Source: Synechococcus sp. A15-24 (GTDB taxonomy: Bacteria; Cyanobacteriota; Cyanobacteriia; PCC-6307; Cyanobiaceae). From it: a DNA stretch of 32,000 nucleotides. The translations under genes and the position numbers were made by a program. The stretch covers positions 930,001 to 962,000 of the forward strand of contig NZ_CP047960.1 in NCBI RefSeq assembly GCF_014280195.1, read 5' to 3'. Of the stretch, positions 19,473 through 25,464 are shown piece by piece. The notes under the pieces are model-generated. The model was not told where the DNA came from. It was given only the letters and a program-made list of their open reading frames with translations, and searched no databases. Positions within the stretch are counted from its first letter, which is position 1, and each line of letters opens with the position of its first letter.

Positions 19473-20182
19473 CTTCGAGCAAAACACCAAGACAATTTAC
19501 GCTTTCTTCAGAAGTAGCAAAGTCAACTGTCTATCTCGTAGCAATCACAGCCGTGATGCTGATGATCTTATTCACGCGAGACGATTCAGTTGCGCGAGAC
19601 ACAGAGCAGATTGTTGAATATCTTTCACAATATACGCAGATTCCAAACGCAGTGACTTCTGTCATTTTGGGTACAAGACTTTTTGATACGATTGGAGAAG
19701 TGACCGTATTTACAATTGCAGGTCTTGGAGTAAAAATCCTACTTCATGCAGAAGATTCAGAGGAAAAATTTGTTGGTATTAATGATCAAGTTATCCGAGT
19801 ACTGCTCGATTTCGCTGCATTACTAAGCTGCTTTCTAGCGATTGATCTTGCAGTCAAAGGTCATTTAACTCCTGGAGGTGGCTTTGCCTCAGGAGTTGCT
19901 GGTGCAACATCGATTACTATTTTGATGATTACTGGACGAATTCAAAAGGTTGAGGCGTTTTACTTTGGTAGTAATTCTCCTGCTCTTGAAAAAGTAGCCG
20001 TTATTGTTTTTATGCTGGTTGCACTCGCAACTTTTAGCTCTTTCTTACTTCCACAGTCTGTCTTCGCCACAGTTCCACCTACAATTTATATTCCACTATT
20101 GAATATCGTTGCAGCCCTCAAAGTTACTATCGGCTCATGGTCTATTCTTCGCCTATTTATTGTGAAGAGAGGTGTCCTTTAA
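19469..20182 (+). CDS. mrpB: Mrp/Mnh antiporter subunit B (MnhB domain)
   Basis: NAVTSVILGTRLFDTIGEVTVFTIAGLGVKILL matches the MnhB motif (N.VTAIL.DYRG.DTLGE..V). Further TM helices include GHLTPGGGFASGV. ATG 19469 overlaps the previous stop (ATGA). Confidence 0.8.
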   Translation: MTSSKTPRQFTLSSEVAKSTVYLVAITAVMLMILFTRDDSVARDTEQIVEYLSQYTQIPNAVTSVILGTRLFDTIGEVTVFTIAGLGVKILLHAEDSEEKFVGINDQVIRVLLDFAALLSCFLAIDLAVKGHLTPGGGFASGVAGATSITILMITGRIQKVEAFYFGSNSPALEKVAVIVFMLVALATFSSFLLPQSVFATVPPTIYIPLLNIVAALKVTIGSWSILRLFIVKRGVL

Positions 20183-20184
20183 CG

Positions 20185-20940
20185 ATGTCATATCGAGAGA
20201 CTGATGATTGGTACTTCGGTGACTATAGCGGTCGTCTTCCAGGCCGATCTTATTCACTGCTTTTGAATAGCGTCATTATTACCCTCTTTGCTCAAATTGC
20301 ATTGACGACTGAGCCAACATTTGACACTCCATCAGGTCAAATATTTTTACGCTTTACTCTCAATATTATTGAACTTTTCTTCATTAGTGACTATATCGGC
20401 AAACTTGCCAACTCATGGGCTCAAATGGATTACTCTCTAAAGGGCCTTGTTTATAGCGCACTTTCGAGATATGCCTTGGTCGATTTATGCGTAGTCTTGA
20501 TTCTGCTTACCGATCTGTTTTCTAATGACTCTTTTGTTGTCATTGGTGTTTATGTCTTCAAAGCGCTAATATCTATTTATTTTTCAAGTTTTAGGCTGGT
20601 TTTGATGAGAGTTAGGTTCATTATTTTTGATTCCCCTGCATACACCTTCTTCCCGCTTGTTTTATTGTCGATTGTGACATATGTGATGGCATTTTGCATT
20701 TATCTTCTTGAAAGATCTAATGACTCTGCGCATTTTGGATCCATTGTACGAGCTTTTTGGTTTTCTATTGTCACGATGACCACGATTGGGTATGGTGATG
20801 TTACACCTACAACATCTCTTGGGAAAGTCCTTGCGATCATGTTTGGTATTGTTGGCATTGTTTGCGTCGCGTTGTTAACAGCTAACATTCTTGAGGCTAA
20901 TGCTAAGTTTAACGAGATTGAGTCAAGTGGAAAAATCTAG
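20185..20940 (+). CDS. Six-TM potassium channel (Kv-like ion-transport protein) with a TIGYGD selectivity filter
   Basis: Pore helix and filter FWFSIVTMTTIGYGDVTP. Five upstream hydrophobic segments are present. The S4-like segment FRLVLMRVRFIIF carries only three Arg. No RCK or CNBD domain. The ATG at 20185 lies 2 nt after the mrpB stop. Confidence 0.88.
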   Translation: MSYRETDDWYFGDYSGRLPGRSYSLLLNSVIITLFAQIALTTEPTFDTPSGQIFLRFTLNIIELFFISDYIGKLANSWAQMDYSLKGLVYSALSRYALVDLCVVLILLTDLFSNDSFVVIGVYVFKALISIYFSSFRLVLMRVRFIIFDSPAYTFFPLVLLSIVTYVMAFCIYLLERSNDSAHFGSIVRAFWFSIVTMTTIGYGDVTPTTSLGKVLAIMFGIVGIVCVALLTANILEANAKFNEIESSGKI

Positions 20941-21700
20941 TCCTTCCATTGCGCTTAATAATCAATATGGTGTTTCTATGCATTCACTCAATCATATATT
21001 AGATGTTGGAACTCCGTTTGTAATTTTTGAGGCCTATGTGTCTTCCTATCATAAATTTATCGACTTTATAAAATTTGGTTGGGGAAGTGCTTTGATAGAT
21101 CCTGAGTTTGAGTCGAAGAAGGAAATCTGTGAACGATTTGGGATTAAGCCTCTACTTGGTGGCACTTTTTTTGAGTATATGATTCATCATCATGGCTTTG
21201 CGGGCTTTGTGAAAAAAATTGAACAATATGGACTGCAATATGTTGAACTTAGTCGAGGCACAATTGATATTGATGACTCGTTGTATGCGTCCTATATTAA
21301 GCAACTTTCTTCAGACTATTACGTTATGAGTGAAGTGGGGAGGAAATCCTCAGACCCCTCCCAGGCCCTTGCTCCATCACAATGGCTTGCCCATTGTGAG
21401 CTCTCATCAGATGCAGGGGCTTCCTTAGTGGTACTTGAATCACGTGAGTCGGGTCGCTCGGGATATGTTTCTACTGGTGGCGATGTCAACGCGGTCATGC
21501 TTGATTCCATAAGCAATTCACTTCCCATCAACTCTCTACTGTTTGAGGCACCAATCAAGTCTGTTCAGACCTTTTTGATTAAACGTTATGGTGCATCGGT
21601 CAACCTGGGTAATCTTTCACTGGTTGATCTCTTAGCAGTTCAGTCACTACGTCTTGGGTTGCGTTCAGACACGCTGCTTGAATCCAAAGCAATATTTTAA
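20900..21700 (+). CDS. comA: (2R)-phospho-3-sulfolactate synthase ComA-family protein
   Basis: Block-by-block match to the remembered Methanocaldococcus ComA: IDFIKFGWGSA (DFVKFGWGTS), LLGGTFFEY (PGGTLFEY), VELSRGTIDI (VEISDGS), SEVGRK (EVGKK), DAGASLVVLESRESG (DAGADYVIIEGRESG), LFEAPIKSVQ...YGASVNLGN (IFEAPQKSQQ...FGSSVNLAN) and LRLGLRSDT (LRRGLRGDT). The start is uncertain (ATG 20900, GTG 20930 or ATG 20978). The first two overlap the end of the channel gene. Confidence 0.85.
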   Translation: MLSLTRLSQVEKSSPSIALNNQYGVSMHSLNHILDVGTPFVIFEAYVSSYHKFIDFIKFGWGSALIDPEFESKKEICERFGIKPLLGGTFFEYMIHHHGFAGFVKKIEQYGLQYVELSRGTIDIDDSLYASYIKQLSSDYYVMSEVGRKSSDPSQALAPSQWLAHCELSSDAGASLVVLESRESGRSGYVSTGGDVNAVMLDSISNSLPINSLLFEAPIKSVQTFLIKRYGASVNLGNLSLVDLLAVQSLRLGLRSDTLLESKAIF

Positions 21701-21729
21701 TATTTTTCTTTTTGACGTCAGCTAGCAGA

Positions 21730-21764
21730 TTGTCAATAGGCTTATTCTCGCCTATCATTATAAT
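21730..21764 (+). promoter_or_regulatory. Putative internal promoter of the island, upstream of the binding-protein/carrier pair
   Basis: This is the only sizeable intergenic gap in the island (21701-21785). It contains TTGTCA (21730-21735), a 17-nt spacer, TATCAT (21753-21758), and an adjacent TATAAT (21759-21764). The perfect palindrome TGACGTCA sits at 21713-21720. Motif match only. Confidence 0.3.
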
Positions 21765-21785
21765 GACCATTTCCTAGCTCTATTG

Positions 21786-22667
21786 ATGTCGCCTAAATGG
21801 CCAAAAGCATTCGTAAGGCATCTAATTGCTTTCACCTTGACCGTAGCATTATTGCAGGCATTGCCGGCTTTGGCTGCTGAAAATAGTTTCATAAATTCGA
21901 TTCAACAACGTGGATATTTAAAAGTCGGATTGCCACCATACAATACGCCTCCCGCATACTATATCGATAAAAAAACAGAAAAACTGCAAGGATATGATGT
22001 AGAGCTGGCCCGCGAACTTGCTGACAAGCTTGGCGTTGATCTTCAATTTGATAGAGAATCAAAAAGCTTTAATTCACTTGTAGAGCGTGTTGGTGCTGAC
22101 GATTTTGATCTAGCGATCGGCAAGCTGGGTCTCACTTATAATCGATTATTTGACGCATTTCCTGTCCAGTATTTGAGCTTCCGTCATGCTCTCCTCGCAG
22201 ATCGAAAGTTTATTTCTAGTCTAGGAGTCGATCCGGAAGATGATGGTTTTGGCGATGCGTTGAAAACTTCAAATATCCGCATTGGTTCTATTGAAAACTC
22301 AACTTGGGAAACTGAGGCGAAAGTTAACTTCCCAAACTGTAAATTTGTTGGCTACAAAAACTGGGAGGATGCTCAGAAGGCTTTGTTGGCTGTTGACCCC
22401 AAAACCAAAAAATCAGCTATCGATGCAATTTATCGTGATGCCACTGAGATCAAGCCAATTGTTTATAAAGATCCTGATTTATCGCTTAAATACGTCCCTG
22501 TTCTTTTTGACGATATTATTGATCGAAAATCTATTTATCTTTCCGAGAAGGGCTACATAGGATTTTCGGACTTTCTTGATGTCTTTATTCGTCGAGAGTG
22601 GGGTGAGGTCAAGTCTGACGAACGCATCCTCAATGAATATCAAGCTTATTACCAGCCAGTATCTTGA
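21786..22667 (+). CDS. Periplasmic solute-binding protein, family 3 (polar amino acid / organic acid type) with a signal peptide
   Basis: The signal peptide is MSPKWPKAFVRHLIAFTLTVALLQALPALA-AE. The SBP_bac_3 pattern is YLKVGLPPYNTPPAYYIDKKTEKLQGYDVELARELADKLGV...FDLAIGKLGLTYNRLFD, including the T..R carboxylate-binding position. Confidence 0.85.
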   Translation: MSPKWPKAFVRHLIAFTLTVALLQALPALAAENSFINSIQQRGYLKVGLPPYNTPPAYYIDKKTEKLQGYDVELARELADKLGVDLQFDRESKSFNSLVERVGADDFDLAIGKLGLTYNRLFDAFPVQYLSFRHALLADRKFISSLGVDPEDDGFGDALKTSNIRIGSIENSTWETEAKVNFPNCKFVGYKNWEDAQKALLAVDPKTKKSAIDAIYRDATEIKPIVYKDPDLSLKYVPVLFDDIIDRKSIYLSEKGYIGFSDFLDVFIRREWGEVKSDERILNEYQAYYQPVS

Positions 22668-22672
22668 TCATT

Positions 22673-24061
22673 ATGCAGACATCTCAGGATTCCATGTCAT
22701 TTCTTGATCGGGTGTTCTCGATTCTCCCGGCACTTCGAAAACCTCGCAATTTCTTCCTTTATATACTTCCGTTTTCAATTGTTTTCGGAAGAGTTATACC
22801 AACACAGCTTGCTTCTGGTTTAAATGACGTTGGATTGGCAATGGTTCAACTCATTGCTTTCCCGGCGATTCCGCTTGTGTTGTCTGCCGTCATGATTTCA
22901 ATTGCTAATATTTTTAATGAAGACAATCGGTCGGCTCAGCGCCGGTTGCGCTTCTCCAGTCGTTTTGTGATTTCCTTGACGCTGACGATTCTCCTCGCAT
23001 CTTTGCTGGCACTTCTTCTTTCTATCTATCAGGCGCCTGGAGTTTTGTCACCGGATGGAAAACTATCAATTGGTCGTTTCATGCTTGATACGACTGATAT
23101 TCGCGTAGGGGGAGATGTCGCAGCTTCATCAATCTCTAGCGACTTCTGGATCGCAAAAATTGTTCCCAGCAATATTCTGGCTGATGCATCTGCTGGTCAG
23201 ACACTGAGAGTAATAAGTGGATCGGTTTTGGCTGGTTTGGCTATGTCCAGGTTGAATCCTGGTCTAACCCAACCACTGCTTTCGCTTCTTCGCAGTGTTA
23301 ACACTACGTCAGTGCAGGTTTTAAGCATTGTGCTAAATCTTGCTCCTCTTGTTCTTATCTGTCTGATCTCTGGCGCTGTTTCTACTATCAACGCTGAGAT
23401 TGTTGTTGCGCTTTTAAACTTTACAATCTGTGTTTTCCTGACGGCAATTGCCTCTCTTGGTATCTCAAGGCTTGTTTTTCGTCGTTTCACATCTACGCGT
23501 GAGCGAGCGACGACTGATGCAAATCCTGTGGACTCTGTCTTTCTTCTCAGTCTTTCCACTGGCAGCAGTATGACGGCATATCCACTGATGTTTGAGACCC
23601 TCAAGGGGATGGGGCGTGATGAATCCGAAGTTGAAGCATCAGCTTCTCTCAGCCTGTTAATCGCTCGTTTGGGTAATGTTACTTACAACGTCATCGCGAT
23701 TGTCTTTGCTCTCAATCTTTACGATGTGGGTCTTACACCTGTGCGTTTTTTGGAGGTCATTTTCCTTGGCGCTTTTACAGGGATTTCGGCTGCTGGGTTG
23801 ACTGGTGTTGCCACTGTTCCGACGATTGCTGTCGCGCTCTCTTATTTCCAAGTACCGATCCCGCCTGTTTTAGTTCTTCTCTTAGCGATTGATCCGATTC
23901 TTACGTTGCCGCGTGCTGCTACAACCGGTGTTTTGGCGATCGCGATTTCAGTGATTTCCTCAGCCAAGTCCAGCAACTCAGAGCTGTCTGATGTCTCATC
24001 CAGTTCCTCCCTTGGTCTGCTCAGCCAGCAGGGTGATGTTGCCTCACTAGAAGGTGGTTGA
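22673..24061 (+). CDS. Divergent dicarboxylate/amino acid:cation symporter (DAACS, GltP/DctA/EAAT-like) family carrier
   Basis: About 460 aa, polytopic. By-eye matches to DAACS landmarks: FPAIPLVLSAVMISI (PLVF.S...GI, TM3), HP1-like STGSSMTAYPLMFE (SSSA.TLP), HP2-like GISAAGLTGVATVP (S.G.AGIPG.G) and TM8-like LAIDPILTLPRAATTG (.D...D..RT..NV.GD). The NMDG motif is not conserved (ARLGNV). The start is ATG 22673 or 22694. The TTG at 22664 overlaps the binding-protein stop. Confidence 0.72.
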   Translation: MQTSQDSMSFLDRVFSILPALRKPRNFFLYILPFSIVFGRVIPTQLASGLNDVGLAMVQLIAFPAIPLVLSAVMISIANIFNEDNRSAQRRLRFSSRFVISLTLTILLASLLALLLSIYQAPGVLSPDGKLSIGRFMLDTTDIRVGGDVAASSISSDFWIAKIVPSNILADASAGQTLRVISGSVLAGLAMSRLNPGLTQPLLSLLRSVNTTSVQVLSIVLNLAPLVLICLISGAVSTINAEIVVALLNFTICVFLTAIASLGISRLVFRRFTSTRERATTDANPVDSVFLLSLSTGSSMTAYPLMFETLKGMGRDESEVEASASLSLLIARLGNVTYNVIAIVFALNLYDVGLTPVRFLEVIFLGAFTGISAAGLTGVATVPTIAVALSYFQVPIPPVLVLLLAIDPILTLPRAATTGVLAIAISVISSAKSSNSELSDVSSSSSLGLLSQQGDVASLEGG

Positions 24062-24513
24062 TGCAACCGATTCAGTCCCTATCTCGGATGATACGCCAGC
24101 TCTTGACTGTTGTGTCAGGGCTCTTGATCGTCGTAACCCTGTCGTCCTGCACCCTTCGCAATGAGCCGCCCCGCGCCATTGTCATTGAGGCCTTGCAGTC
24201 ACAGATCCAGACGACCCAGGTCTCCATTGCACAAAGTCTTGACTTGCAACCTGTGGCCTCTGCTCCTGCCGTCAGCCGGGTTCGCGTCGACCATCAAGAG
24301 GTCCTCAAGGTGGAGGGCGAGCGTTTCGTGCATTTAGAAGGCAGTTTTGACTGGCAGTTACCTCGGGACAGCGTCCGTGTGGACAGTGCCTTTGATCTCT
24401 ACCTCCAGCGCGGGTCGCACGGAGAAGGGTGGAGTCTTGCCAGGCCTGCAGTAAGCAATGGTGGCGAAGCCCAGCGTTGGCTGCTCTACCCCCTCGGCTT
24501 GCCCACGAGCTGA
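24061..24513 (+). CDS. Lipoprotein, unknown function (core-genome composition)
   Basis: The signal peptide carries the lipobox LLIVVTLSS-C. GC here is back to flank level. The ATG at 24061 shares its A with the TGA of the island carrier gene. Confidence 0.7.
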   Translation: MQPIQSLSRMIRQLLTVVSGLLIVVTLSSCTLRNEPPRAIVIEALQSQIQTTQVSIAQSLDLQPVASAPAVSRVRVDHQEVLKVEGERFVHLEGSFDWQLPRDSVRVDSAFDLYLQRGSHGEGWSLARPAVSNGGEAQRWLLYPLGLPTS

Positions 24514-24518
24514 TCTGA

Positions 24519-25406
24519 TCAGGCCTGACGGCTGGAGAGGCTGATAAAGGATGCACCCAGCACAAGCGCTGCACCACCACATGTGAATGCCGTAATTGAT
24601 TCGTTGAACCAGATCCACCCCCAGCTAGCAGCGAACAACACCTGGACGTAATTCAGCGACGTCGCCCTCGCCGCTGGCAGACAGCTCAGCCCCTTGGTCA
24701 CCCAGATCTGGCCGAGTTGAGTCAGCACACCGACTCCGAGCAACCAGATCCAATCCACCGCTGAAGGCCAGACCCCGATGTGCAGAACCATCGGCAGCGT
24801 GAGGGGAATCGAGACCACAGGGAAATAGAGAATGATCACCAAGGGGTGTTCCTTGGCCGATAAGCGTCGGACGCATACATATGCCAGAGCTGTAAATAAA
24901 GCTCCGCCCAGGGCTGTCAGCCCTGGGCGTAACGCCAGCCCGTTCTGGCCTGCGCCCAGCCATTCCGGTTGGATCACAAACACCACCCCGAGCAAGCCCA
25001 GCAGCACGGCCAAGCCAATGCGACGGCGCAGCCGTTCCCCCAGCAATAGCCAGGCCGCCGCTGCAGTGAATGTTGGGTAGGTGTACTGCAGGACCGTGGC
25101 TGATGCCAGCGGTAATGCAGTGATCGCCTCGAAGAAGCACAGCAGGGCAACGCTTCCACAGATGCCGCGTAGCAGCAGCAGGCGTCGGTTGTTCCCCAGG
25201 GGTTTGATCCCTCCAACCGCCATGGCTGTTCCCGTCAGGGCAATGCTCACAACGGATCGAACCAGCACGATCTCGCTGACGGGAATTCGTCCTCCCAGTT
25301 GTTTGACGCACACCGTCATCAGGCTGAAGGCAAGAGAGCTCAGAACCAGGGCCCTCGCTCCCTGCATCTCCTGGCGCTGCCACCAGGTCGACGTCTGTTC
25401 ATCCAT
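24519..25406 (-). CDS. DMT-superfamily (EamA-like) transporter
   Basis: Ten predicted TM helices arranged as two EamA-like repeats (ALVLSSLAFSLMTVCVKQL ...; ...LTQLGQIWVTKGL). The chosen start is MDEQTS (ATG at 25406), because the 25472 start would overlap dnaG. Confidence 0.85.
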   Translation of the reverse strand: MDEQTSTWWQRQEMQGARALVLSSLAFSLMTVCVKQLGGRIPVSEIVLVRSVVSIALTGTAMAVGGIKPLGNNRRLLLLRGICGSVALLCFFEAITALPLASATVLQYTYPTFTAAAAWLLLGERLRRRIGLAVLLGLLGVVFVIQPEWLGAGQNGLALRPGLTALGGALFTALAYVCVRRLSAKEHPLVIILYFPVVSIPLTLPMVLHIGVWPSAVDWIWLLGVGVLTQLGQIWVTKGLSCLPAARATSLNYVQVLFAASWGWIWFNESITAFTCGGAALVLGASFISLSSRQA

Positions 25407-25464
25407 GGTTGCGCTGGTGCTCCTGATGGGTGGACGCCGACCTGCGACTTCGCAGAATGGGTCC

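Larger units (their letters stand above)
15937..24061. other. AT-rich genomic island (about 8.1 kb, 11 co-directional genes) with no recognisable mobility genes
   Basis: Hand-counted GC of 60-nt lines. Inside: 16621-16680 26/60, 18661-18720 20/60, 19141-19200 16/60, 21001-21060 20/60, 22021-22080 21/60, 22801-22860 24/60. Outside: 14041-14100 33/60, 15661-15720 36/60, 24601-24660 33/60, 26401-26460 38/60. The flanks are core genes (ruvA; lipoprotein and dnaG side). Confidence 0.8.
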
